In this document: in pieces, positions 1-9,161 of the stretch
Layout: each line of letters starts with the position of its first letter
How positions within the stretch are numbered: the stretch's first letter is position 1
NCBI GenBank assembly: GCA_035651955.1
Contig: DASRES010000038.1
Coordinates: 767 to 64,766, forward strand
From: Acidimicrobiia bacterium
Lineage (GTDB): Bacteria > Actinomycetota > Acidimicrobiia > IMCC26256 > JAMXLJ01
DNA length: 64,000 bases
Direction of reading: 5' to 3'
Notes under the pieces: model-generated
Told to the model about the DNA's origin: nothing
The model's database searches: none
The model's input: only the letters and a program-made list of their open reading frames with translations
Program-made: the position numbers and the translations under genes

Positions 1-1545
1 CGTCGCGACGATCACGCGCTGCGGGAAGAGCTCGCGATCCAGCTCGAAGCGCGTCTCCATGTAGTTGTACCCGGCGACGTCGAGGCACGAGAACGCCTCG
101 GCCGTCTTGTCGGTCACGAACTGCGCGCGCATCGCCCGCGTCATCGCGTCGCCGAGCACGGTCGCCATGGTGTTGACGCCCGTCTCCTCGCCCGCGGGCA
201 CGGACACGGTTCCGTCCGTGAACGTCCGCCGGATCTCCTCGCCGATCTCGCGCCCCGCGACGAGGAACCCGGTGACGGCTTGCGTCACGAAGCGCGTGTC
301 GTCGAGCGATCGGACCTTCTCGGCGATCGCGCGCCCGCGTCGCGCACCGGCAGGGGCCGAGCCGTCGGGGATCTCGTTGCCGATGCTGTAGAGGATCACG
401 GACGGATGGTTGACGTCCTTGCGCACCATCGCCTCGACGTCGGCCTCCCACCACTGCTCGAACCGCAGCGCGTAGTCGTCGTCGGACTTCGAGACGGTCC
501 ACATGTCGAACGTCTCGTCCATGACGAGCATGCCGAGCCGGTCGCACGCGTCGAGCATCGCCGAGCTCATCGGGTTGTGCGCGCTGCGGATCGCGTTGAA
601 GCCGGCCGCCTGCAACAGCTCGACCCGCCGTTCCTCGGCGCGCGCGATCGTCGCGGTGCCGATCGGCCCGTTGTCGTGGTGGATGCACGCGCCGCGCAAG
701 AGGACGGGCTCGCCGTTGATCCGCAGCCCGCGCTCGGGGTCGAGCGCGAGCGAGCGGATCCCGAACGCCGTCGAGTCGTCATCGAAGACGTCACCGCCAT
801 CGAGGAGCGTGACGCGGCAACGGTAGAGGTACGGGTCGTCCGGGCTCCATCGGTGGGCGCGCGGGACGAACAGTCGCTGCCTCACCGTGAGGCAGTCGCC
901 GGGGAACGTCGTCACCGGTGTTTCGGCGGTCGTGACGAGCCGACCGTCCGCGTCGATGACGTCCGCGCGCAGCGTCGGGTGCGAGGTCGCGACGGATGCG
1001 TTGCGCACGACCGCCGCGACGACCACGACCGCACCGTCGTCGTCGATCTCGGGAGTGCGGACGTCGAGGCCGTCGGGTGTGAGATGCACGCGCCCCGCCT
1101 GCAGGAGCCACACGTCGCGGTGGATGCCGGCCCCCGGGTACCAGCGCGAGTCGTCGTGCGCGCGCGCCTCGACGCGGATCTCGTTCGGCTCGCCGACGCG
1201 CAGCAGATGCTCGATCGCGACGAAGAAGTTGGAGTACCCGTACGGCCGGTGAGCGGCGACGGTGTCGTTCACGCAGACGACGGCGTCGCGGTACACGCCC
1301 TCGAACGCGAGCACGACCGTCGTGCCGGCATCCCCGGCCGGGAGGTGGAGCGTGCGGCGGTACTCCCAGACGCCGGGCCTGAAGAAGCCGGTTGCCGCGC
1401 TCGCGGACGGCGACCGCGGGGTTCCGATCATCGCGTCGTGGGGGAGCGTGACCGGCGTCCACGGTGCGGTCTCGCCGGCGAGCTCGGCGAAGCGGTTCGT
1501 CTTCGGCCGGACGGACCAGCCGTCGTCGAACGGAGTGCGGCGCAC
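1..1545 (-). CDS. Glycoside hydrolase family 2 (beta-galactosidase/beta-glucuronidase-like); N-terminal 515 codons only, the C-terminus lies left of the window
   Basis: Absent from the ORF track because it runs off the edge. My translation of the minus strand in the frame ending at nt 1 gives MRRTPFDDGWSVRPK...FEGVYRDAVVCVNDT...WYPGAGIHRDVWL...INGEPVLLRGACIHHDNGPIG...FNAIRSAHNPMSSAMLDACDRLGMLVMDE...VNHPSVILYSIGNEIPDG...DVAGYNYM. These are the GH2 sugar-binding, Ig-like and TIM-barrel signatures, including the NE acid/base motif. GTG start at 1545-1543. Confidence 0.85.
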   Translation of the reverse strand, partial: MRRTPFDDGWSVRPKTNRFAELAGETAPWTPVTLPHDAMIGTPRSPSASAATGFFRPGVWEYRRTLHLPAGDAGTTVVLAFEGVYRDAVVCVNDTVAAHRPYGYSNFFVAIEHLLRVGEPNEIRVEARAHDDSRWYPGAGIHRDVWLLQAGRVHLTPDGLDVRTPEIDDDGAVVVVAAVVRNASVATSHPTLRADVIDADGRLVTTAETPVTTFPGDCLTVRQRLFVPRAHRWSPDDPYLYRCRVTLLDGGDVFDDDSTAFGIRSLALDPERGLRINGEPVLLRGACIHHDNGPIGTATIARAEERRVELLQAAGFNAIRSAHNPMSSAMLDACDRLGMLVMDETFDMWTVSKSDDDYALRFEQWWEADVEAMVRKDVNHPSVILYSIGNEIPDGSAPAGARRGRAIAEKVRSLDDTRFVTQAVTGFLVAGREIGEEIRRTFTDGTVSVPAGEETGVNTMATVLGDAMTRAMRAQFVTDKTAEAFSCLDVAGYNYMETRFELDRELFPQRVIVAT

Positions 1546-1573
1546 GAGCCGGACGCTACCGGTCCGTGCACGG

Positions 1574-1607
1574 TTTCGACCAGTGGTCTATATTCCAGCG
1601 GTCGAAA
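1574..1607. promoter_or_regulatory. Candidate TetR operator: inverted repeat TTTCGACCAGTGG-N8-CCAGCGGTCGAAA in the divergent GH2/TetR intergenic region
   Basis: 11 of 13 arm positions are complementary. The spacer contains TATATT (1589-1594), the only AT-rich hexamer in the 92-bp gap between the divergent starts at 1545 and 1638. Confidence 0.45.
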
Positions 1608-1637
1608 CACGCCGGGCCGACGTACGAGGACACCCCA

Positions 1638-2228
1638 GTGCCGGTCACACCGCATGCCACCCGCCGGGCGTTCGTCCCGCCGGACCCGCCCCGCACGCCG
1701 AAGTCGGCGTCGACCCGCCGTCGCCTCGTCGACGTCGCCGCGCGCCTGTTCGTCGAGCGCGGCTACAGCGCGGTGTCGACGCGGGACATCGCGGCGGCCG
1801 CGAAGCTGACCAAGGGCGCGCTCTACGGGCACTTCCGGTCGAAGGGACAGCTGCTCGTCGAGGTGATCCGCGCGAAGGTCGCCGAGCGGGACCACGCGGT
1901 CGACTTCGAGGCGGCGGCGGCCGATCCCGCGGCCGGCATCGCGCTCATGTTCGACGAACCGGGACGCGAGATCCGTGTGCTCGAGGTCGACGCCGCGGCC
2001 GCGGCGCGCCACGACCCCGACGTCGCCGCGGGCCTCGCCGCGCTGTACCTCGACCGGCACGCGCGGATACGTGACGCCGCGTCGGAGACACGCGATCCCG
2101 ACACCGCGGCGTGGCTCATCGCCGCGCTCAACGCCGGGATCGCGATGAAGGAATCGACGGGCGTGCCGTTGCCCGACGCCGACCGCTTGCGCGTCGCGAT
2201 CGACGACGCGCTGCACGGTCTGCTCTGA
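1638..2228 (+). CDS. TetR/AcrR family transcriptional regulator
   Basis: Frame of track ORF 1464..2228. The HTH segment RRRLVDVAARLFVERGYSAVSTRDIAAAAKLTKGALYGHFRSKGQLL is a classic TetR_N motif. Start trimmed to the in-frame GTG at 1638 because the upstream part is low complexity and overlaps the GH2 start; the exact start is uncertain. Confidence 0.85.
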   Translation: MPVTPHATRRAFVPPDPPRTPKSASTRRRLVDVAARLFVERGYSAVSTRDIAAAAKLTKGALYGHFRSKGQLLVEVIRAKVAERDHAVDFEAAAADPAAGIALMFDEPGREIRVLEVDAAAAARHDPDVAAGLAALYLDRHARIRDAASETRDPDTAAWLIAALNAGIAMKESTGVPLPDADRLRVAIDDALHGLL

Positions 2229-2265
2229 CTCACGTCTCGCGACGACCTCGGGGGAGGGTCCGCTG

Positions 2266-3600
2266 ATGTCCATTCGATCCGGCCGGCGGTGGGTGGTCGT
2301 GCTCGCGCTCGCGCTCGCGGCGCTCGTCGGTGCCGCGTGCTCGAGCAAGAGCTCGAGCCAGGGTTCCTCGAGCGCGACGTCGGGTGCCGTCGCGGCATCG
2401 ACGTCCGCGACGGGCGTCACCGCGGGCGCGATCCGGATCGGGTTCTCCTATCCGGATCTCGCCGCGCTCGCCAAGACGGGTGTCATCAAGGTCGACAACG
2501 GGCCGTACGACAAGGTCATCAAGGCGCTCGTCGACGACGTGAACGAGCGCGGCGGGATCAACGGTCGCAAGCTCGAGCTGTTCACCGCCAAGTACGACGT
2601 GCTCTCGAACACGCCGCAGATCACGGCGTGCACGCAGCTCACCGAGGACGACAAGGTGTTCGCGGTGCTGGGCGGCTTCATCGGTGACAACAACCTGTGC
2701 GTCACCCAGCAGCACGCGACGATCCTCGTCGGCGCGTACAGCGGGTTCAACCAGGCGACGCTGGCCAAGGCGCGCGCGCCGTGGGTGATCCCGGGCGCGA
2801 GCGACGAACGGTCGATCAAGGCCCTCGTCACGCTGCTCGCGCAGCAGGGACGGCTGAAGGGTCACACGGTCGCGATCGAGGGCCAGACGCCCGACTCGAA
2901 GCCGCTCGTCGACCTGACCGTCAAGGCGTTGGACGCGGCCGGCACGAAGGCGGTCAGCACCGCGGTCATCGACGTCCTCGCGTCGGACACGCAGGCGTTC
3001 AACGCGCAGGAGCGCGTCGTCGCGCAGCGGTTCCGCGACGAGCACGCGGACGCGCTGATCCTCGTCGGCGGCACGCCGCAGGCGGCGAACTACGACGCCG
3101 TCGGCTGGCATCCCTCGATCTACGTGCCGAGCACGTCGTACGTCACGCCCGGTGCGTACACGAACCCGTTCGACAAGTTCCCGTTCATCGGGGGCCTGAG
3201 CGTGTCGGCGGACCCCGACGCCGGGTTCAACACGCCGGAGATGCAGCGCTGCCGCGCGGTCTACAAGCAGGCGACCGGCATCGATATCAAGACCCAGCGC
3301 GAGGAGACCGCGTTGGGCCACTCGACGGGGAACGCCGCGATGCAGGCCGCATGCTCGACGATGCAGATCTTCGTCGACGGCGCGAAGGCGGCCGGCAAGG
3401 ACCTGAACCAGCAGACGTGGCTGAAGGGCGTGGAGTCGATCGGCAGGTTCTCCTCGCCGGTCGCGCCGGTGGCGTCGTTCGGTCCCGGCAAGCTCGACGC
3501 GCAGGACACGTTCCAGCTGGAGCAGCACGACCCCAGGTGGAAGCCGAACTCGAACATCGACGAGTTCATCCCGATCGGCGCGCCGCTCACGCTCCGATGA
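2266..3600 (+). CDS. ABC-type solute-binding lipoprotein (periplasmic-binding-protein type I, Leu/Ile/Val-binding-like), orphan
   Basis: Track ORF 2266..3600. It has a signal peptide with lipobox (ALVGAAC) and a Ser-rich linker, then a type-I PBP-like sequence (IRIGFSYPDL, GINGRKLELF, KVFAVLGGF). No permease or ATPase partner is adjacent. Confidence 0.8.
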   Translation: MSIRSGRRWVVVLALALAALVGAACSSKSSSQGSSSATSGAVAASTSATGVTAGAIRIGFSYPDLAALAKTGVIKVDNGPYDKVIKALVDDVNERGGINGRKLELFTAKYDVLSNTPQITACTQLTEDDKVFAVLGGFIGDNNLCVTQQHATILVGAYSGFNQATLAKARAPWVIPGASDERSIKALVTLLAQQGRLKGHTVAIEGQTPDSKPLVDLTVKALDAAGTKAVSTAVIDVLASDTQAFNAQERVVAQRFRDEHADALILVGGTPQAANYDAVGWHPSIYVPSTSYVTPGAYTNPFDKFPFIGGLSVSADPDAGFNTPEMQRCRAVYKQATGIDIKTQREETALGHSTGNAAMQAACSTMQIFVDGAKAAGKDLNQQTWLKGVESIGRFSSPVAPVASFGPGKLDAQDTFQLEQHDPRWKPNSNIDEFIPIGAPLTLR

Positions 3601-3617
3601 CCGCCCGAGGAGGCCTC

Positions 3618-4874
3618 ATGGTCACGGTCGACTTCCGCACGCGCTTCGACGGCGACGCCGTGGCGCTCGATCCGGCCACGTTCGTACGGGAGCAGCTCCC
3701 GCTCCTGCGCGACGCGAACGGCATCGACGCGGCCAGGGCCGCCGACCGGCTCGGGCTGGTCCCGCTGACGCTGGTCGTCGACGAGGAGCCGTTCACGTTC
3801 GCGGTGGCGGACGACGGACGGCTCGACCTGCGTCGTGCGGGCGGCGACGCGCTGGTCGTGGCGCTCGACCGGGACGCCTTCTCCGACCTGGTGCAGGACG
3901 TCGCGTCGACGTTCGGGCTGCAGATGACGGGTCGGGCCACGATGCGACAGGGCGCGGTCGACGACTTCGTCGCGTGGGAGCCGGTGTTGCGCGCGCTGCT
4001 CGACGGCCGCGCCGTCTACGAGACGGGCACGATCGACGTTCGCGACCGCGGCGGTCGAGCGCTCGACCTGGACCGCGCCTTCACGCTCGACGACTCGCCC
4101 GAGGAGATTGGTCACTTCCTCGCCCAAGCCGGCTTCCTGCACATCGCGAACGTCTTCACCGAGGCCGAGATGGCCGCGGTCTCCGCCGACCTCGACGACG
4201 CGATCGCGAGCGCCGAACGCGACGACGGCGCGTCCTGGTGGGCGCGCACCGCGGACGGGGAGTGGTACGCGTCGCGCATCCTCGGCTTCAACCAGAAGTC
4301 GCCCGCGCTCCGTGAGCTGCTGCACGACGAGCGGTTCCGCACGATCGGGACGTTCACCGACGACCGCTTCGTCCCGCGCGACCCCGATGTCGGCGACTCG
4401 GCCGAGGGTCTGCACAAGAAGGTCGGCGTCGTCGAGGGCATCTCCGACGTGAGCTGGCACAAGGACTGCGCGATGGGCGGTCACAGCCGGCACTGCTGCG
4501 GCCTGACGGTCGGCATCTCGGTGACCGGGGCGACCCAGGAGAACGGCGAGCTCGGCGCGGTCGCGGGTTCGCACCGCGCGAACGTCGCGCCGCTCGGTGT
4601 GGACGGGCTCGACCTGCCGCGCGTGCCGCTGCCGACGCGCACCGGCGACCTGACCGTGCACTGCTCGTGCACCCTGCACATGAGCCGCCCGCCGGTCTCG
4701 GCCGAACGGCGCGTCGTGTACACGGGCTTCGGTCTCGCGCCGCGCCCCGGCGACCACCGGCCGGACGTCGACGCTGTGCAGGTGCGCCGCGATCGTGCCG
4801 CGCTCAACGACCACGTCGTCGGTCGTCAGCGCGAGGGTCACCTGCCCGGGCGGATGGCGACCCACGAGCTCTGA
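3618..4874 (+). CDS. Phytanoyl-CoA dioxygenase (PhyH) family Fe(II)/2-oxoglutarate oxygenase with an N-terminal SCP2-like extension
   Basis: In frame with track ORF 2697..4874. ATG at 3618 is preceded by GAGGAGG. The C-terminal half has WHKD (His-x-Asp facial-triad-like) and a later His region (TVHCSCTLHMS), typical of PhyH. The SCP2-like call for residues 1-130 is inference from pattern only. Confidence 0.75.
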   Translation: MVTVDFRTRFDGDAVALDPATFVREQLPLLRDANGIDAARAADRLGLVPLTLVVDEEPFTFAVADDGRLDLRRAGGDALVVALDRDAFSDLVQDVASTFGLQMTGRATMRQGAVDDFVAWEPVLRALLDGRAVYETGTIDVRDRGGRALDLDRAFTLDDSPEEIGHFLAQAGFLHIANVFTEAEMAAVSADLDDAIASAERDDGASWWARTADGEWYASRILGFNQKSPALRELLHDERFRTIGTFTDDRFVPRDPDVGDSAEGLHKKVGVVEGISDVSWHKDCAMGGHSRHCCGLTVGISVTGATQENGELGAVAGSHRANVAPLGVDGLDLPRVPLPTRTGDLTVHCSCTLHMSRPPVSAERRVVYTGFGLAPRPGDHRPDVDAVQVRRDRAALNDHVVGRQREGHLPGRMATHEL

Positions 4875-4927
4875 CCCACGCCGTCGGGAAGCGTCCCGCC
4901 GTGTACGGTGGGCCGATCTCGATCCGG

Positions 4928-5446
4928 GTGGGAGGCGGACCGTTGCCGAACGTGAGATTCCGCCGGCGGAGTCGTTCGCGTACGGAGCTCGTGCAGGCGG
5001 TCCACGACGAGATGGGCCGGGCCCGGGCGGAGATGCGCGCGAGCGTCGTCGACGCGGTCGCGATCGTCGAGGGGCGGCTGCGCAAGGACCTCGACGTGCG
5101 CGACCAGATGGCCGATCTCGTCCGGAGGTTCGAGGCATCACGCGCGGAGATCGACGCGCGCGACGCCGATCTCGTCCGCGCGCTCGACCGCTTTTCCGAC
5201 GCATACGACCTGCTCGCCCGGCGCATCGAGGAGGACCGCGTGGAGCGGCGCGCGCTCAGCGAAGCGATCGAGCACCTGGCGACGACGCTCGACGCCGTCG
5301 CGTCGCCGCGTGCCGTCGGTCCGGCGCGTGACCAGGTGCTCGGCGGCACGTTCGATCCGACGCGGGGCCAGGACCGAGAGGTCGACCTCAACGAGGCCGA
5401 GCGGCGCGACGCGACCGTCGACGACCCCGAACGAGCCGTCTGGTAG
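4928..5446 (+). CDS. Hypothetical protein, predicted helical/coiled-coil, Arg/Asp/Glu-rich
   Basis: Distal part of track ORF 4667..5446 (…ELVQAVHDEMGRARAEMRASVVDAVAIVEGRLRKDLDVRDQMADLVRRFEASRAEIDARDADLVRALDRFSDAYDLLARRIEEDR…). High third-position GC. Start uncertain (GTG 4928 or GTG 4952). No recognisable family. Confidence 0.4.
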   Translation: MGGGPLPNVRFRRRSRSRTELVQAVHDEMGRARAEMRASVVDAVAIVEGRLRKDLDVRDQMADLVRRFEASRAEIDARDADLVRALDRFSDAYDLLARRIEEDRVERRALSEAIEHLATTLDAVASPRAVGPARDQVLGGTFDPTRGQDREVDLNEAERRDATVDDPERAVW

Positions 5447-5455
5447 TCGGGCCGC

Positions 5456-6676
5456 TCAGCTCGCCCGACGCCGGCCCCGGAGCAACGCCTCGTTCGGCTC
5501 GTCCGGGAGCTCCGTGAGCGGCTGCGCGATCTCGCCGACCGTCGGCCCGTACTCACGTGCGAGCGGGTCCAGGGCGTCGAGGTCGAACCCGTAGAGGCTT
5601 GCTGCGGTAACGGCCAGGACCTGTTGGAGGGCGTCGGGATCCCAGTCGTGGAACTGCTGGCGCAGGTGCTCGCGCGTGTAGGGACCGGTGCCCTCGTTGT
5701 GCGGGTAGTCGCTGCCCCACATCATCCGGTCGAGCCCGAGCGTGCGCATCGCGTCGACGTCCGCCGGACCGGGCTGGCTCACGCCGATGTAGCAGCTCTG
5801 CGCGAAGTACTCGCTCGCGAGGCGCGGCAGCTTGTGCTCCTCGCCGTACGCGAGCTCGCCCGTGCGTCCGGTCTTGCGGATGCGGTCGATCGTCGCGTCC
5901 ATCTGCTTGAGCAACGGCGGCACCCACGCGCAGCCGAGCTCGGTCATCACGAACCGCATGCGTGGGAACCGCTCGAACACGCCCGACAGCATCAGCTGCA
6001 CGAACGGCCGCTGCGAGTAGAAGAGTGCCTCCATCACGTAGAGCAGGTTCGCGACGGGGTAGTCGCCGTAGTCGGGGAGGCCGGTGCCGCCGTGCGAGTG
6101 CACGGGGATCTCGAGCTCCTCGCAGGTCCGCCACACGGGGTCGTGCACCGGGTCGTACAGCGGCTTCACGGAGTCGGCGTCCGGCGGGACAGCCGAGATG
6201 AGCACGCCGCCACGCAAGCCGTGCTCCTTGATGAAGTGGAGGTCCTCGATGGCGTCGTCGACGTCGTTGAGGAAGATCTGCCCGATGCCCGCGCGCTCGT
6301 TCGGGTACTCGGCGCACCAGTCGGCGAGCCAACGGTTGTGCGCGCGGATGCCGGCGAGGCGGTGCTCGTACTGGTCGGGCCGAGGTGGACGCGCGAACAG
6401 CACGAAGCTCGGGAAGAAAGGCGGGACGGTGTTCGGGAACACGACCTCCGCGACCTGACCGTCGGCGTGCAGATCGCCGCGGCGGCGCTCGTTGTCCCAG
6501 TTGCGCACGCGCCCCCCGTCCTGGAGATCGCGGAACGGGTTCTTGTACCTGGCGCGCCAGGCGTCGAAGTCGTCCAGGTACTTCGACTCGAGGTACGACC
6601 GGTACGTCGCGTGGTTGGCGCCGGCGTGACAGTCGGCCGAGATGATCGTGTAGTGGTCGTCCGTCGCCATCACCAT
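5456..6676 (-). CDS. Amidohydrolase-2 (ACMSD-like) family metal-dependent hydrolase
   Basis: Track ORF 5456..6967 trimmed to ATG at 6676 (MVMATDDHYTIISADCHAG), preceded by a GGAGG-type RBS. It has the N-terminal metal-binding His region and the C-terminal WGSDYPHNEG motif characteristic of the family. Confidence 0.85.
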   Translation of the reverse strand: MVMATDDHYTIISADCHAGANHATYRSYLESKYLDDFDAWRARYKNPFRDLQDGGRVRNWDNERRRGDLHADGQVAEVVFPNTVPPFFPSFVLFARPPRPDQYEHRLAGIRAHNRWLADWCAEYPNERAGIGQIFLNDVDDAIEDLHFIKEHGLRGGVLISAVPPDADSVKPLYDPVHDPVWRTCEELEIPVHSHGGTGLPDYGDYPVANLLYVMEALFYSQRPFVQLMLSGVFERFPRMRFVMTELGCAWVPPLLKQMDATIDRIRKTGRTGELAYGEEHKLPRLASEYFAQSCYIGVSQPGPADVDAMRTLGLDRMMWGSDYPHNEGTGPYTREHLRQQFHDWDPDALQQVLAVTAASLYGFDLDALDPLAREYGPTVGEIAQPLTELPDEPNEALLRGRRRAS

Positions 6677-6758
6677 GGCGCTACCTCCGAGGGGAGCACA
6701 TGACCCGCGCGCGGCGTCCATGTCAACGTAGCGGTCCGGATCGGGAGGATGACGGGCC

Positions 6759-7772
6759 GTGCCGTTGAAGATCGACATGCTGCTCGCGACCTCGGTGCTC
6801 GACGCCGCGGAGCGTGCCCGCGCGCTCGAACGCGTCGGGGTCGACGGGGTGTTCACGTTCGAGAACGCGCACGACGTGTTCTTCCCCCTCGTCGCCGCGG
6901 CGCCCGTCTGCTCGCTGGACCTGATGACGAACGTCGCGATGGCGTTCCCGCGGAGCCCGATGCACATGGCGCACGCCGCGTACGACCTGCACCTGCTGTC
7001 GCAGGGCCGGTTCCGGCTCGGGCTCGGATCGCAGGTCCGCGCGCACGTCGAGAAGCGCTACGGCGCGCGCTGGGGATCGCCCGTCGCGCACATGCGGGAG
7101 AGCGTGCAGGCGACGAAGGCGATCCTGCGGAGCTGGCAGGACGGGACCCGGGTCGAGTTCCGCGGCGAGTACACGACGCACACGCTGATGACGCCGGCGT
7201 TCGACCCCGGGCCGAACCCGTTCGGCGTCCCCAAGGTGCTCGTCGGCGCGCTGGGACCCCGGATGTGCGAGATGGCGGCCGAGGTCGCCGACGGCGTCCT
7301 CGTCATGCCGTTCAACAGCGCCCGGCACATGCGCGAGCGGACCTGGCCCGCGATCGATGCGGGCCTGCGGGCGGCCGGCCGGACGCGCGACGACGTCGAG
7401 GTGACGGCGGAGGTGATCGTCGGCGTCGGCCGCGACGACGAAGAGCTCGCCGCCGCGCGCAACGTCCGCTGGCTCCTGGCGTTCTACGGGTCGACACCCG
7501 CGTACCGTCCCGTCCTCGACGTCGAGGGATGGGGCGAGCTGCAGCCCGAGCTGAACGCGCGGTCGAAGCGGGGCGAGTGGGCGACGATGCCGTCGCTGAT
7601 CACCGACGAGATGGTCGCGACGCTCGCCGTCCACGGCACGCCCGACGCCGTGGCGGCCGAGATCGTGGCGCGCTACGGCGACTGCGACCGCGTGTGCGCG
7701 TACTTCCCGGGCTACCCGGCCGGCGACGACCTGCTCGCGGACTTCGTCGCGGCGATGAGGGCAGCGTCGTGA
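6759..7772 (+). CDS. LLM-class (luciferase-like) F420-dependent oxidoreductase
   Basis: Track ORF 6759..7772. It reads as a TIM-barrel luciferase-like sequence (GVDGVFTFENAHDVFFPL, GRFRLGLGSQVRAHVEKRYG, GALGPRMCEMAAEVADGVL), as in actinobacterial F420-dependent LLM enzymes. Confidence 0.85.
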   Translation: MPLKIDMLLATSVLDAAERARALERVGVDGVFTFENAHDVFFPLVAAAPVCSLDLMTNVAMAFPRSPMHMAHAAYDLHLLSQGRFRLGLGSQVRAHVEKRYGARWGSPVAHMRESVQATKAILRSWQDGTRVEFRGEYTTHTLMTPAFDPGPNPFGVPKVLVGALGPRMCEMAAEVADGVLVMPFNSARHMRERTWPAIDAGLRAAGRTRDDVEVTAEVIVGVGRDDEELAAARNVRWLLAFYGSTPAYRPVLDVEGWGELQPELNARSKRGEWATMPSLITDEMVATLAVHGTPDAVAAEIVARYGDCDRVCAYFPGYPAGDDLLADFVAAMRAAS

Positions 7773-8821
7773 GCGGCGCGCAGACCGGGCTGCCCGTCGA
7801 CGTCGACGACCTGACCGCGGCGTGGTTCTCGCAGGTGCTCGAGCGCGACGTCACCGACGCGACCGTCGTCGACGCCAGCTCGGGCACGACGGGCCGCGCG
7901 CGCGTCGCGTTGCGCGGCGAGCCCGGCGTGCCCGCGACGGTGTTCGTGAAGCTCGCGCCGTTCGGCGCGCGGCAGCGCGCGTTCGTGGAGCGGACGGGTA
8001 TGGGCGTCGCCGAGGCGCGGTTCTACCGCGACGTCGCGGGCGAGGTCCCCGTGCGCGTGCCGGGCGTCTGGTACGCAGAGACCGACGGGCGCGACTACGT
8101 GATGGTCCTCGAGGATCTCGTGGCGGCGGGCTGCGCCTTCCCGAGTCCCGACGATCGAGACATCGCCGCGCGTGCGCGCGACATCGTCGAGCAGCTCGCC
8201 GCGCTTCACACCCGGTACTGGGAGTCGGCCCGCTTCGACGAAGGGGGCGACCTCGAATGGCTCGCCGGACGCGCGATGCGCGGCGGCGAAGGTGGTGGAC
8301 GGTTCATCGAGCGCGCGGTCGACGTGCTGGGCGACCGGATCGACGAGTCGTTCCACCGGATCGCGCGCATCTACGTCGCGCGCACGGCCGACATCGTCCA
8401 GCTCTGGCGTGAAGGCCCGGGCACGCTCGTGCACGGCGACTCGCACCTCGGGAACCTGTTCGTCGACGGGAGCCGGACCGGCTTCCTGGACTGGGCGGTC
8501 GTCTGCCGCGCCCCCGGCGTGCGTGACGTCGCGTACGTCCTGTGCAACTCGATACCGGCCGACGTGCGCGAGGTGATCGAGCGCGAGCTCGTCGATCGCT
8601 ACTGCGAGCTGCTCGCGCGCGGCGGCGTCGCGCTCGACCCGGCCGTGGCGTGGGACCAGTACCGCCTCCACGCGGTGTACTCCTGGGTCGCGGCGACCTC
8701 CACGGCCGGCATGGGCTCGCGATGGCAGCCGATCAGCGTCGGGCTGGGCGGGACCGTCCGCGCGACCGCGGCGTGCGCGCACCTCGACAGCGCGGGGCTG
8801 CTCGAGTCGCTCCTCGGCTGA
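7769..8821 (+). CDS. Phosphotransferase (aminoglycoside phosphotransferase/ecdysteroid-kinase-like) family protein
   Basis: In frame with track ORF 6749..8821. The GTG start at 7769 overlaps the LLM stop (GTGA). The kinase catalytic loop LVHGDSHLGNLF is followed by FLDW (Brenner and DxD-type motifs). Confidence 0.8.
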   Translation: MSGAQTGLPVDVDDLTAAWFSQVLERDVTDATVVDASSGTTGRARVALRGEPGVPATVFVKLAPFGARQRAFVERTGMGVAEARFYRDVAGEVPVRVPGVWYAETDGRDYVMVLEDLVAAGCAFPSPDDRDIAARARDIVEQLAALHTRYWESARFDEGGDLEWLAGRAMRGGEGGGRFIERAVDVLGDRIDESFHRIARIYVARTADIVQLWREGPGTLVHGDSHLGNLFVDGSRTGFLDWAVVCRAPGVRDVAYVLCNSIPADVREVIERELVDRYCELLARGGVALDPAVAWDQYRLHAVYSWVAATSTAGMGSRWQPISVGLGGTVRATAACAHLDSAGLLESLLG

Positions 8822-8935
8822 CACGGCGCGCGCCGGTGTGGTTACGAGCGGGTGGTGCATCGCCCGGCGGGCACGCGGGTAGAGGGCACCGACACGGATC
8901 GCCGGACGAGGGACGAGAGGAGGCGGGCCAGCGCC

Positions 8936-9136
8936 ATGCCTTTCCGTCGCCGTACACGGGACAGGACGTCACGGGTCTCCGCCGACCTCGTCTCCGAGGT
9001 CCCCGACCGCGCCTCGACCTCGGTGCGCGTGCTGCGAACGGACGCGGACCTGAACGCCGCGCCCGAACGCGCGCGGGCGGCGGAGACGCTCGTCCGCAAC
9101 CAGGTCTCGCAGTGGACGAGCCGCTACACGGCCTGA
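8936..9136 (+). CDS. Hypothetical small basic protein (66 aa)
   Basis: Distal part of track ORF 8852..9136. ATG at 8936 lies 12 nt after GAGAGGAGG. Third-position GC is strong in the second half. No family recognised. Confidence 0.3.
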   Translation: MPFRRRTRDRTSRVSADLVSEVPDRASTSVRVLRTDADLNAAPERARAAETLVRNQVSQWTSRYTA

Positions 9137-9161
9137 GAGCAGCTCGACGGGTCGCGGTCGG

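Noticed and set aside
280-1809. Long plus-strand ORF (509 aa), and similar very long ORFs elsewhere in the track (for example 12895..17034 +, 28641..32243 -, 10428..12479 -, 52461..55013 +, 57265..59583 +).
   Set aside because: Their translations are Arg/Pro/Ala/Gly/Asp low-complexity strings with no domain-like segments. They lie antisense to or out of frame with genes that have clear family signatures. They are typical stop-poor shadow frames of a very GC-rich genome.
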